A stretch of DNA of 21,523 nucleotides from Candidatus Micrarchaeota archaeon (GCA_013331805.1 DUFS01000027.1:1-21523); one strand, 5' to 3'; shown: positions 7,432 to 16,378, counted from the stretch's first letter. The notes: generated by a model from the sequence alone, not told the origin. Program-made: numbers and translations.

Positions 7432-8520
7432 ATGGAAATCGAACAGCCTAGCATTCTTGATGCCTCTGAGCCGGTTTCTAAAGCGGTAAACGAGATATCG
7501 AAAAGCGGGCTGCCCGTATTCATTGTGAAAAACGGCAAGTATTTCGGGCTAATCGACGAACGTTCAATAAGGCAGAGGCTTTCAAATCCCGACAAGGAAA
7601 AATGCGAAACCATCGCAGAGCGCACCCCTTCGCTTTCCCAGGATTCCACCGTCATGGATGCCTGCAACGCATTTTTCGCAGGACGATTCAAGGCAATTCC
7701 CGTTATTTCGAAGGGCAAGATAGAGGGAGCGATAACCAGGCAGACCCTGCTTTCCGAGCTTCTCAAGGAAAAAATGCTCTCCAAAAAGCGGGTGCTTGAG
7801 GTGATGACCTCTCCGGTGGCTTCAATTGACATATCTTCCACTGTCGGTCATGCAAGGAGCGAGCTTCGCAGCCACAACATCAGGCGACTGGTGGTGACCG
7901 AAGGGGGAAGGATAGCCGGCCTGCTTTCCGTGTTCGACCTTGCAAGCTTTGTGTCCAACCCGCGCCAGTCAAACGCATTCTACAGGGGAGGGGAAAAGAC
8001 CACAATGGACTCGCGCCCGATCTTGTCCTACGTGAAAAAGCAGGTCGAAACCATAAGCCCGACTGACTCGCTTTCAAACGCGGTTGCAAAAATGCTGGAC
8101 AAGCGCGTGGCTGCCCTCATCGTCTCGGAAGGAATGAGCCCTGTCGGGATTGTCACCGCAAAGGACATACTCCACGCAGCCCTTGCCTATGAAAAGAGCA
8201 CCCGCGTATTCGTGTCAGGCTTGCCGTACGAGAACCGCGATTACCAGTCGGAAATCGTTAAGGAGGGGGAAAAGCTCCTGGACAGGCTGGAGAAAAGCTT
8301 CGAGGTTTCCTCGCTTGTCTTCCACGTAAAGCGGGAGGGCGCTGGCTTTTCGGTGCGCTCCAGGCTGGACGGGAAAAAGTCGATAAACGCAAGCGCAAGC
8401 GATTTCAGGCTGGAGTCCGCGTTGCGCATGGTGATTGCCGAGCTTCGAAAGATGGCTGAAAAAAACAAAATGACAGGAGTTGAAAAAAAGAGGCGCGATG
8501 CCAAGCTGAGGGAGGAATGA
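7432..8520 (+). CDS. 4xCBS-domain protein with C-terminal HPF/RaiA-like domain (Hib-like archaeal ribosome hibernation factor candidate)
   Basis: Four CBS units (LPVFIVKNGKYFGLI; AIPVISKGKIEGAIT; RRLVVTEGGRIAGLLS; ALIVSEGMSPVGIVTAKDI). A roughly 105-aa tail follows a beta-alpha-beta-beta-beta-alpha pattern ending INASASDFRLESALRMVIAELRK. GGGGTG SD and ATATATAT upstream. Confidence 0.8.
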   Translation: MEIEQPSILDASEPVSKAVNEISKSGLPVFIVKNGKYFGLIDERSIRQRLSNPDKEKCETIAERTPSLSQDSTVMDACNAFFAGRFKAIPVISKGKIEGAITRQTLLSELLKEKMLSKKRVLEVMTSPVASIDISSTVGHARSELRSHNIRRLVVTEGGRIAGLLSVFDLASFVSNPRQSNAFYRGGEKTTMDSRPILSYVKKQVETISPTDSLSNAVAKMLDKRVAALIVSEGMSPVGIVTAKDILHAALAYEKSTRVFVSGLPYENRDYQSEIVKEGEKLLDRLEKSFEVSSLVFHVKREGAGFSVRSRLDGKKSINASASDFRLESALRMVIAELRKMAEKNKMTGVEKKRRDAKLREE

Positions 8521-9425
8521 TGGGGCTTGAAACGCAGCTGTGCAAAATGAAGCTTCGCAATCCCACTGTACTTGCTTCTGGCATAAGGGGGAACAACGCC
8601 CATCTTCTCATCCGCGCCGCCAAGGAAGGAGCTGGCGCGGTCACCTCCAAATCCTGTTCGCTTGCCCCGAGAGAGGGGCACAATAACCCGACCATGATAA
8701 ATACGCCCGAAGCAATGCTCAACGCAATAGGGCTTTCCAATCCAGGAGTCGAGGAGGAAATCGGCGAAATCCGGGCGGCTGTCATGGGCGCCAAAGTTCC
8801 GGTGATAGCCAGCATAGTCGCATTCTCAATTGAGGACTTTGGCAAGGTGGCTGAAAGGATTTCAGAGGCTGCGCCGCACATGATAGAGGTGGACGCAGCC
8901 TGCCCAAACACGCACCGCGAAGGCAGGATGTTCTCGGCCTGCGCCCAGGATGCCGCTGCCGTTGCCAAAGCTGTTGAAGAAGCCACAAACATACCCTTCT
9001 CGATGAAGCTCTCGCCCGATGTTCCCAACATTGGGGAAATCGCGCAGGCGTGCGTGGATGCTGGCGCAGATGCCATCACGGCAATAAACACCATGGGAGG
9101 CATGTACGTTGACGCTTACGCAAGAAGGGCGGTGCTCCACAACTGGTTCGGGGGGGTGAGCGGTCCTGCGTTAAAGCCGGTTGCGCTCAAGGCGGTGTAC
9201 AACATAAGGAAGGCGGTCGGCCCGAAAATCCCCATAATTGGCACAGGAGGCATTTCCACAGGAATGGACGCGATTGAGATGATCATGGCAGGCGCAAATG
9301 CCGTGGGCATCGGCTCTGCCGTGGTTCTTCGCAAAAACGTATTCAAGGGCGTCTGCAGTGAAATGAGCGCGTTCATGAAAGAGAAAGGCTACAAAAGGCT
9401 CTATGAGCTCAAGCTGGAAGAATGA
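8517..9425 (+). CDS. pyrD: Dihydroorotate dehydrogenase, family 1B catalytic subunit
   Basis: LRNPTVLASG, VTSKS, MLNAIGLSNPG, ACPN, KLSP, AINT, GGVSGPALKP and IIGTGGI; adjacent to pyrK. Confidence 0.95.
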   Translation: MMGLETQLCKMKLRNPTVLASGIRGNNAHLLIRAAKEGAGAVTSKSCSLAPREGHNNPTMINTPEAMLNAIGLSNPGVEEEIGEIRAAVMGAKVPVIASIVAFSIEDFGKVAERISEAAPHMIEVDAACPNTHREGRMFSACAQDAAAVAKAVEEATNIPFSMKLSPDVPNIGEIAQACVDAGADAITAINTMGGMYVDAYARRAVLHNWFGGVSGPALKPVALKAVYNIRKAVGPKIPIIGTGGISTGMDAIEMIMAGANAVGIGSAVVLRKNVFKGVCSEMSAFMKEKGYKRLYELKLEE

Positions 9426-10189
9426 TTCTCATGCTCCCCCAAGTCGCAACAGTCGCCAAAGCCGAAAAGGAAAACAGCACTGTAACAACACTCACTCTCA
9501 ACATCAGCTTGCCCAGGGCAATCCCTGGCCAATTCGTCATGGCCTGGCTACCCGGCTTTGATGAAAAGCCCCTCAGCCTCGCAGGGGCAAGCCCGGTGAA
9601 GATTTCAGTCGGGGAAAGGGGCCCGTTCAGCAGCAGGCTTTGCGGCTTGAAAAAAGGCGGCAAGCTCTGGGTCCGCGGCCCATATGGCAGGGGATTTGAG
9701 CTTGAGGGGAAAAAAATCCTCCTGGTGGGCGGCGGCTACGGCTTTGCGCCCCTGCGGTTCCTCGCGGACCAGGCAAGGAAAAAGAAAATAACCGCAACGG
9801 CAATCTGCGGAGCGAGGAGCAAAAGCCTCCTGATGGCGCCTGCTTCCTGCAAGACGCTATTCACAACCGACGATGGCTCTGCCGGAATCAAGGGCAATGT
9901 GCTTGCTGCAATGGAAGGGCTATTCGCCAGGGAAAAATTCGACACAGTTTACACCTGCGGCCCTGAGCGGATGATGGGATCGGTTGCCAGGCTTGCGAAG
10001 AAAAAAAAGGCGGATTGCCAGCTTCTCCTGGAACGGTACATGAAGTGCGGAATAGGTGTCTGCGGGCACTGCGCCTGCGGCGACAGGCTAGTCTGCTTTG
10101 ACGGCCCGCGCTTCGGATACGAAATGCTCTCCAATCCGGAATTCGAGCGTGTTTGGCGCGACAAGGCTGGTCACAAGGTGCCAATATGA
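9422..10189 (+). CDS. pyrK: Dihydroorotate dehydrogenase electron transfer subunit
   Basis: PGQFVM, KPLSL, RGPYGRGF, VGGGYG, TDDGS, CGPERMM and the 2Fe-2S motif CGIGVCGHC..C. Confidence 0.95.
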   Translation: MILMLPQVATVAKAEKENSTVTTLTLNISLPRAIPGQFVMAWLPGFDEKPLSLAGASPVKISVGERGPFSSRLCGLKKGGKLWVRGPYGRGFELEGKKILLVGGGYGFAPLRFLADQARKKKITATAICGARSKSLLMAPASCKTLFTTDDGSAGIKGNVLAAMEGLFAREKFDTVYTCGPERMMGSVARLAKKKKADCQLLLERYMKCGIGVCGHCACGDRLVCFDGPRFGYEMLSNPEFERVWRDKAGHKVPI

Positions 10190-11442
10190 TCCTTATTCAG
10201 GGCGGCAGGATTGTCACACCTGAGGGAATATCTTCATCCGACATTCTCATTGAGGGCGAAAAAATTGTGAGGATAGGAAAAGGCATCAGGCAATCCGGCG
10301 CGAAAATTATTGATGCAGGGGGGCTGTTCATCCTGCCCGGGGCAATCGACCCGCACGTTCACTTCCGCGACCCGGAGAATACTTCAAAAGAGGATTTTTC
10401 CACAGGAACGGCCTCTGCGCTTGCCGGTGGTGTGACAACAATAATCGACATGCCCAATTACCGAAATCCGCCCACCACCACCATTGCCGCATACAATGAA
10501 AAAAGGCTGATAGCGGCCTCCAAGGCGCGCTGCGACTACCAGCTGCGCTTCGGAGCTTCTGAGTCGAATTTCCAGGAAGCGGCAGGAAGCGGGGCGCCCT
10601 CGCTCAAGATTTTCCTTTCGGACACAAAAAGCGATCTTCAGTGCTCGCGCGAGGCGGCTGTGATGCATTTCAAGGCTTTCCCAAAAGGCAAGCCTGTCTG
10701 CGTGCATGCGGAGGACAGGGACAGGATTGAAAAGCGAGTTGGGAAATTCAGGTCCCAGTCGCAGGTGCAGGACAAGCTGGTTTCGCAGATCGCATGCGAG
10801 TTTTCGCTTCGCGAGGCAGGAAGGCTGGGCAGGCGCGTGCACATCTGCCACCTCACCACCGGGCTTGAGATCGAGCTTTGCCGCCGCTACAAAAACGCGA
10901 CCTACGAGGTAACTCCAAATCATCTTTTCATGTCCACTGATGACATCAAGCGCCTCGGGCCCCTGGGCAAGATAAACCCCCCGCTTCGGGACAGGCGCGA
11001 GCAGGCTGCGCTCTGGCGCAACCTGAATGACGACACCATAATCGCCTCGGACCACGCGCCGCATTTGATTTCGCACAAGCTGGAAGGCTCGCCAGGCTTC
11101 CCTGGCGTTGGCACATTGCTTCCGCTCATGCTGGATGCGGTGAATGAAAAGAGGCTCAAGCTTGAGAGCGTTGCCAGGATGTGCTCATTCAATCCTGCTT
11201 CTGCATTCCTCCTGCATGCAAAAGGCTCGCTTGCCCCTGGTTTCGACGCAGACATCGTGCTTGCGGACATGAAAAAGAAATGGAGGATAACTGCTGAGAA
11301 CCGGCTCTCCAAATGCGCCTGGACGCCTTTTGAGGGCAGGGAAATCAAAGGCAGGATAGAAAAAGTGCTGCTTCGGGGCAATCTTGCGTACGACTCCGAG
11401 GGCGTCATTTCCAAGCCTGGAAAAGGAAGGGAATTGCTTTAG
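10186..11442 (+). CDS. pyrC: Dihydroorotase
   Basis: PGAIDPHVHFRDP, GGVTTIIDMPN, VHAED, HICHLT, EVTPNHL, KINPPLR and ASDHAPH. Start moved to ATG 10186, which gives an ATGA overlap with pyrK. Confidence 0.93.
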   Translation: MILIQGGRIVTPEGISSSDILIEGEKIVRIGKGIRQSGAKIIDAGGLFILPGAIDPHVHFRDPENTSKEDFSTGTASALAGGVTTIIDMPNYRNPPTTTIAAYNEKRLIAASKARCDYQLRFGASESNFQEAAGSGAPSLKIFLSDTKSDLQCSREAAVMHFKAFPKGKPVCVHAEDRDRIEKRVGKFRSQSQVQDKLVSQIACEFSLREAGRLGRRVHICHLTTGLEIELCRRYKNATYEVTPNHLFMSTDDIKRLGPLGKINPPLRDRREQAALWRNLNDDTIIASDHAPHLISHKLEGSPGFPGVGTLLPLMLDAVNEKRLKLESVARMCSFNPASAFLLHAKGSLAPGFDADIVLADMKKKWRITAENRLSKCAWTPFEGREIKGRIEKVLLRGNLAYDSEGVISKPGKGRELL

Positions 11443-11459
11443 GTGCGCCTTTTCCCTGC

Positions 11460-11897
11460 TCACGAAAGCTCGAGCTTGACCTGTGCCGCTTCGCCAGGGG
11501 GAAGGGCGCTCACGTTTATGAAATAGGTTCCTGCCTTCCTTATTCTGCCAAGCCCCGACTCGGTCAGGTTGAAAGCGCAGGTTTTCACAATCTGCCGCTG
11601 CCCTGATGACGAGTCCACGGTTATAACTATGTCCTGCCCGTTCACCGTTATCCCCCTCAAATTCGGCGGCATCTCGATCTCGTCCACTATGGCCGCAGCG
11701 CCGCCAAGGTATCCCACCGAGTCTGCCAGGCTGGCGAGCCTCTGGGCTGCTGCCTCGGCCTTCTGGGCCGCTATGTCCTCGCTTGCCGCATTGGACCTTC
11801 CATGCGCATAGAAAAGAAGAGGAATCAGGAAAAGCAGCATGAAGCCGATAATGATGAGAAGCTCGTTTGAAATCTGCCCCCTGAAGATCATGCGCAT
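11460..11897 (-). CDS. Class III signal peptide protein (pilin-like)
   Basis: MIFRG|QISNELLIIIGFMLLFLIPLLFY has Q+1, E+5 and a hydrophobic helix, then an amphipathic helix (AAAQRLASLADSVGYLG) and beta strands. TTTTATA at 11920-11914. Confidence 0.8.
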   Translation of the reverse strand: MRMIFRGQISNELLIIIGFMLLFLIPLLFYAHGRSNAASEDIAAQKAEAAAQRLASLADSVGYLGGAAAIVDEIEMPPNLRGITVNGQDIVITVDSSSGQRQIVKTCAFNLTESGLGRIRKAGTYFINVSALPPGEAAQVKLELS

Positions 11898-11933
11898 ATT
11901 TACCAGCCAACCCTATAAAAGGTTCACTTCGCC

Positions 11934-13442
11934 CTATTGCGCCTGGCGCTGCGCGGATTCATAGGCAGCCTGCCTCACCCTCCTTTTTTTCTCATCGATA
12001 ACTGCAGTGACCAGGACCAGGAAGAACATGGCGACCAGCAGTATGATGAGCATGGGATTGAACACGAAGAAAAGCGCCTCGCGGTTCGCAACCACAAAGC
12101 CGTCCGCAAGGGCGCTTATGTTGAATATCGAGTGGATGACGACCGCAAGGAAGACGCCAGGCACAAAGGCAAGCCTCGCGAACTTTCGGAGCTTGGGAAC
12201 CCCCCTGATGTACCCGATCGTGGTTGAAATGGCGGCTGTGAAGCAGCCGTGGGCGAGCGTGTTGAAAAGCGAGCGGTAAACTATGAGCGTGCCCCAGGAA
12301 ACCAGCCCGATTTCAAAAGGGTTGGCCTTTGTCGAGAAATAAAACCAGTTTTCCACGAACGCGAAGCCCGCGCCGCAGGTGAAGCCAAGCAGAAGTCCGG
12401 TGAGCGTGTCATTGTACTCGTGGTGGCCGGACATGAAAAGCACGCCCAGCCCCTTCATTATCTCCTCGACCATGGGGGAAACCACGGTGGTCGCCACAAT
12501 GACATACGAGGCAAGCATGAAAGCCTTGAGCTCGGATGCCACGCTGGAGCTTATTATGAGGGAAAGCAGCGCCGCGAACATGCCCCAGACGAATATTCCT
12601 GCAAAGAACCGCAACGGCTTGCCCTCCTCCCTTTTTTCAAAGTACCAGGCTGCTGCAAAATAGAAGAATGGAACCGTGAATGACCCCACCGCGGAAAGCA
12701 GCATCACCTGCAGGGCGTTTTCCCATCCGCTGCCCTGCTCTATCCCCTGGAACATCAGGGCAACGAGCACCGAAACGCAGGCAAGCTCGGCGAGAAGCAT
12801 GACGGGGTTTATCATCACGTCCGCAAGCTTTTCCTCAAAAGGCCTGCCTGCAACCTTGGGGAAAACCAGCGTCGTTAGCGTGTACTCGTCCTCCTTGATG
12901 CCCGGGCTTCGGCTGGAGTAGGCGGTGTAGCCCACAATTGAAATCAGAAGGACCAACAGCGTTCCGATGATCGGGACATAAGTGGCTATCGCGCCTGACA
13001 GGCTCCGGTTTATTTCGCTCTCGTAACCGCTCCAGTCCTCCTCCACCCAAAAGTCGCTGCCATAAAGCTCCCCGTCGCCTCCCCTCCCAACGACCGCGTA
13101 GTGCGTTTTCTGCCTGGCCTGCTTCTCATAGCGCACCTCCACCTCAAGTTCGATGATGGTGGTGGAATCTGCAGGAAGCCCGCCCAGGAACTTGACGAAC
13201 TCCCACTCGCCGGAAGATTCCCGGATCAGGTAGACGGGCATTGCCATTTCAAACGGGTTTTCAGCCTGGATTTTCACGCCGATTAGCTGCGGGGAGCCCG
13301 TCAGCACGGTGTTCTCCATCGAAACCTCTGTGCGCAGGGCTGAAGTGTACTCCGAAAGCTCCCCGGCAAGATTATCTGCCGAATATGCCGCATTGGAAAG
13401 CAGCGCTAGCGCCGCGATTATCATGAGGGCATTTGGTCGCAC
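11934..13442 (-). CDS. PrsW-family intramembrane protease with N-terminal extracellular domain
   Basis: PrsW motifs PMVEEIMKG, GAGFAFVEN, AHGCFT and HSIFN, and many TM helices. A signal peptide and a roughly 130-aa soluble domain precede them. GTG 13442 chosen as start because GGAGG lies 7 nt upstream. Confidence 0.85.
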   Translation of the reverse strand: MRPNALMIIAALALLSNAAYSADNLAGELSEYTSALRTEVSMENTVLTGSPQLIGVKIQAENPFEMAMPVYLIRESSGEWEFVKFLGGLPADSTTIIELEVEVRYEKQARQKTHYAVVGRGGDGELYGSDFWVEEDWSGYESEINRSLSGAIATYVPIIGTLLVLLISIVGYTAYSSRSPGIKEDEYTLTTLVFPKVAGRPFEEKLADVMINPVMLLAELACVSVLVALMFQGIEQGSGWENALQVMLLSAVGSFTVPFFYFAAAWYFEKREEGKPLRFFAGIFVWGMFAALLSLIISSSVASELKAFMLASYVIVATTVVSPMVEEIMKGLGVLFMSGHHEYNDTLTGLLLGFTCGAGFAFVENWFYFSTKANPFEIGLVSWGTLIVYRSLFNTLAHGCFTAAISTTIGYIRGVPKLRKFARLAFVPGVFLAVVIHSIFNISALADGFVVANREALFFVFNPMLIILLVAMFFLVLVTAVIDEKKRRVRQAAYESAQRQAQ

Positions 13443-13461
13443 AATGGTTCCTCCTAAATCG

Positions 13462-15117
13462 CTAGAATGGAATCGGCACATACAATCCGATGTGCCTCAC
13501 CAGCCAGACCCACATCTTGTTAATTATGGAATTCCTCTTCTTGATTACATCCAACAGTTCCTTGAAGGCCTCTTTTTCCGCAGCCGCAAGCTTGGACTCC
13601 GTGATCTTGATGTGCTCCTTGCCGTCCACCACTGTCTTTTCCTCCTGCGAGCCTATCTGCTTGTTCGCCTGCGCGTACCAGGGGGGAAGCGAGGATTTCT
13701 TCTTTTTTATCGCAGTGATGAAGTCCTCGCTTGTCACCGCGCGCTGCTTGCCTGTCTTGAATGCGTCCCTCCAGGGGATGGCAGCCGCCTCCTCCACAAT
13801 GGATTTGAGGTCCGCGGACGCATAGCCAATGGTCGCCAGTGAGATCCTGTAATAGGTTATGCCGTGCACGGCAGGGACCTTTTTCACGTGCAGCTTGAGT
13901 ATGTCCGCCCTTGAAGTCGTGTCCGGCTCGGGTATGAATATGCTCTTGCCGAACCTTCCGCTCCTCCGGAGCGCCGGGTCCACGTCCCATGGCGCGTTGG
14001 TGGCGCCGACCACCAGCACATTCTCATTGTTGGATTCCACGCCGTCCATTTCGAAAAGCATCTGGTTGACCGCGATTTTCATGTATTGGGTGGACTGCTG
14101 CATATCCTCGCGCCTGCCTCCCAATGCCTCCACCTCGTCGAAGAAGACAATACAGGGGGGGTTCTTCCTGGCGGTCTCGAAAATGTTGTGCAGGTTCTTT
14201 TCGGTGTTGCCCACGTACATGTCCAGTATGTCCGAAATCTTTGCATTGATGAAAGCTGAGTTGCATTCGCCTGCCGCCGCCTTCATTATGAACGTCTTTC
14301 CGCATCCCGGCGGGCCGTAAAGCATGATGCCTCCCCCGGCAAGCTTCCCGTATGTCCTGGCAAGGTCGGGCTTGATGAGAGGATACACGATCGATTCGTT
14401 TATTTCCTCCTTCATCTTCTTCATGCCCGCGACTTCGGTGAACTTCATGGCAGGCTTGGTGAGGAGTTTTGCCGCGTTTATCCCCTGGTTCTGAGCTGCC
14501 TCTCCCACAGCCATGGTGCCCGAGCCGCCCCCGCCTGAGAGCTTTCCCTTTGCGATTTCGCGGTGGTTTACGGCCTCGGTGAACTGCGGATTGAGCTCAA
14601 TTGCCTTGTCGTAGTCCGCAATCGCCTTGTCCAGCTGGTTGAGGTAGTCGTACGCCAGGCCCCGGATATGGTATGCCTCGGAAAAATTCGGGTTGAGCTT
14701 GATAACTTCGGTGAAGTCCTCCACAGCCTTTTCATAGTCCTGCAGGCAGGCATAGGCGAGCCCCCTGTTGTAGAATGCCTTGAGGTACTTGGGGTTTATG
14801 GCAAGCGCGCGGTCGTAGTCCTCGATTGAGGCATTGAAGTCCTGCTTGCGGTAATACGCGTCCCCCCTGTTGTTGTATATCACAGGATTCTTGGGGTCCA
14901 GGTCGCACGACTTGGTGTAATCGGTTATCGCGCGGTCGAAGTTCTTGAGATTATAGTAGCAAAGCCCCCTGTTGAAATAGGCTTCTGAAAAAGTGGGATT
15001 GAGAATGATCGCGGTATTGTAGGCCTCGACCGCGCGCTCGTAGTCGCCCTTCTCGTAATAGGTGTTGCCCCTATGGTAATATGTGCGAGCATCGGTTGGG
15101 CTGGGCTTTTCCGCCAT
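13462..15117 (-). CDS. TPR-repeat AAA+ ATPase (single classic-clade AAA module)
   Basis: Five 34-aa TPRs, a Gly linker, Walker A GPPGCGKT, pore loop DMYVG, Walker B FFDE, SRH ATNAPWDVDPALRRSGRF and a hydrophobic C-terminal tail. Confidence 0.9.
   Translation of the reverse strand: MAEKPSPTDARTYYHRGNTYYEKGDYERAVEAYNTAIILNPTFSEAYFNRGLCYYNLKNFDRAITDYTKSCDLDPKNPVIYNNRGDAYYRKQDFNASIEDYDRALAINPKYLKAFYNRGLAYACLQDYEKAVEDFTEVIKLNPNFSEAYHIRGLAYDYLNQLDKAIADYDKAIELNPQFTEAVNHREIAKGKLSGGGGSGTMAVGEAAQNQGINAAKLLTKPAMKFTEVAGMKKMKEEINESIVYPLIKPDLARTYGKLAGGGIMLYGPPGCGKTFIMKAAAGECNSAFINAKISDILDMYVGNTEKNLHNIFETARKNPPCIVFFDEVEALGGRREDMQQSTQYMKIAVNQMLFEMDGVESNNENVLVVGATNAPWDVDPALRRSGRFGKSIFIPEPDTTSRADILKLHVKKVPAVHGITYYRISLATIGYASADLKSIVEEAAAIPWRDAFKTGKQRAVTSEDFITAIKKKKSSLPPWYAQANKQIGSQEEKTVVDGKEHIKITESKLAAAEKEAFKELLDVIKKRNSIINKMWVWLVRHIGLYVPIPF
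14581..15090 (-). repeat. Five tandem TPR units (34 aa / 102 nt period) within the AAA gene
   Basis: Units begin ARTYYHRG, SEAYFNRG, PVIYNNRG, LKAFYNRG and SEAYHIRG, and each ends in LNP, LDP or INP. Confidence 0.9.
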
Positions 15118-15151
15118 GGTCGGTCCTCTAGCCTCAGATATCCCGCTGAAC

Positions 15152-15160
15152 TTTATAAAA
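15152..15160 (-). promoter_or_regulatory. TATA box upstream of the TPR-AAA gene
   Basis: TTTTATAAA about 35 nt upstream of ATG 15117, with a GAGG SD-like element in between. Confidence 0.55.
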
Positions 15161-15211
15161 CATCCGCAGGCGTTTTACAGGCGTCGAAAAGCAATTCGGC
15201 CCGGATTAATC

Positions 15212-16378
15212 TCAGCCTGCCGAAGGCAGAGGAACCTGCCTCACTGAAACAAGCCTGGAAACAAAGCTTCCTTCTGCCTGGAAATCAAGCGAAAGGAGGA
15301 CCGACCCGTTCAATGCCTCGCCCGTCTGCTCGAATGTGGCCACAATGCCGTTGGTGCGGTACTTTCTACCGTCCTTTTCGACAAAGTCAGGGAGCCTTGC
15401 AGTGGAAGTTTTCCTTGAAACGGTTTTGGCAGAAATCCCGGAAGCGTTCAACTTTTCCACGAGCGAGAGCGAACGGTTTTCGCTCTGGTTTCCAAAGGTG
15501 GCAAGCGATGCAGGGAATTCCATTTCAAGGCCGGCTGCAAGGAGGTCTGCTTCTGCCCTGGACCGGTTCTCATATCCGTTCCTCACGCTCACTATGCCGG
15601 CCTGGGCACCGGTTATGTAATCCTTCCCTGCGGTTGAAAGTGCACTTAGCTGCGCACTGGTCGCATTCTGCTGCACGATTATGTAGGACTTTTCCTTGTA
15701 GGCCGCTCCTTCGGCAATTGCAATGGGCTTTGCCGCACTCCTGTCTTCCCAGGGGACTTCAACGCTGAAGTCAGCCTCCTTTTCGGCAACCAGGATCGCT
15801 TGCGCAGTTGCCCCCTGAACGTAAGAAGGAAGAATGACGAAATTCCCAAGCTGAGAAAGAACCCCGTTTTCCACCACTGCCACAAAGGTGGCAGCCGCAA
15901 CCGAGCCCTCGTCGAAAATCGGGCGCAGCTGGATGTTGAAGCTGGTCCCGTCCACTGTGGTCGAAATGTCCTGCGCATCCACCCTCAGCCTGGAAGGGGT
16001 GGAAATCATGGCAGTGGCAAGCACAGTAGCATTTGCCTTTTCGAATTCCATCGCTGCGGTTGGCGCATCTTTGCCTGATCTGAGGCTCACCACCAGGTTC
16101 TCGTCTTTTGGCACAGCATAAGTGGCTGCCCCGCTTTCAATGAGCCGCTGCTTTGCGTTCTCCACCTCATCCTGGTTTCCGCCGCCCACTATCACATAGG
16201 GCTCGTAGCGTACAATGGTGACATTGGTATTCACCGTGCCGGTCAGGCTTTCTGTTGCCGTTCCGCTGCCTCCGCCTGACGGGGTGTCGTCCTGAAGGAT
16301 GCCTATCGCAATGCCTTCTATTACGAAAATAAGCACTATGCCCACTGCAAGTAGCTTGTACCAATCCTTCTTGTCCAT
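15212..16378 (-). CDS. Hypothetical N-terminally anchored extracytoplasmic protein
   Basis: MDKKDWYKLLAVGIVLIFVIEGIAIGIL single TM or signal anchor, a Gly/Ser/Thr linker, and a large soluble domain with N-x-S/T sequons. Alternative start at 16408. Confidence 0.75.
   Translation of the reverse strand: MDKKDWYKLLAVGIVLIFVIEGIAIGILQDDTPSGGGSGTATESLTGTVNTNVTIVRYEPYVIVGGGNQDEVENAKQRLIESGAATYAVPKDENLVVSLRSGKDAPTAAMEFEKANATVLATAMISTPSRLRVDAQDISTTVDGTSFNIQLRPIFDEGSVAAATFVAVVENGVLSQLGNFVILPSYVQGATAQAILVAEKEADFSVEVPWEDRSAAKPIAIAEGAAYKEKSYIIVQQNATSAQLSALSTAGKDYITGAQAGIVSVRNGYENRSRAEADLLAAGLEMEFPASLATFGNQSENRSLSLVEKLNASGISAKTVSRKTSTARLPDFVEKDGRKYRTNGIVATFEQTGEALNGSVLLSLDFQAEGSFVSRLVSVRQVPLPSAG

Noticed and set aside
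14581..15090. 102-nt periodicity read as a CRISPR array or DNA repeat
   Set aside because: These are degenerate protein-level TPR repeats within an ORF, with no identical repeats separated by unique spacers.
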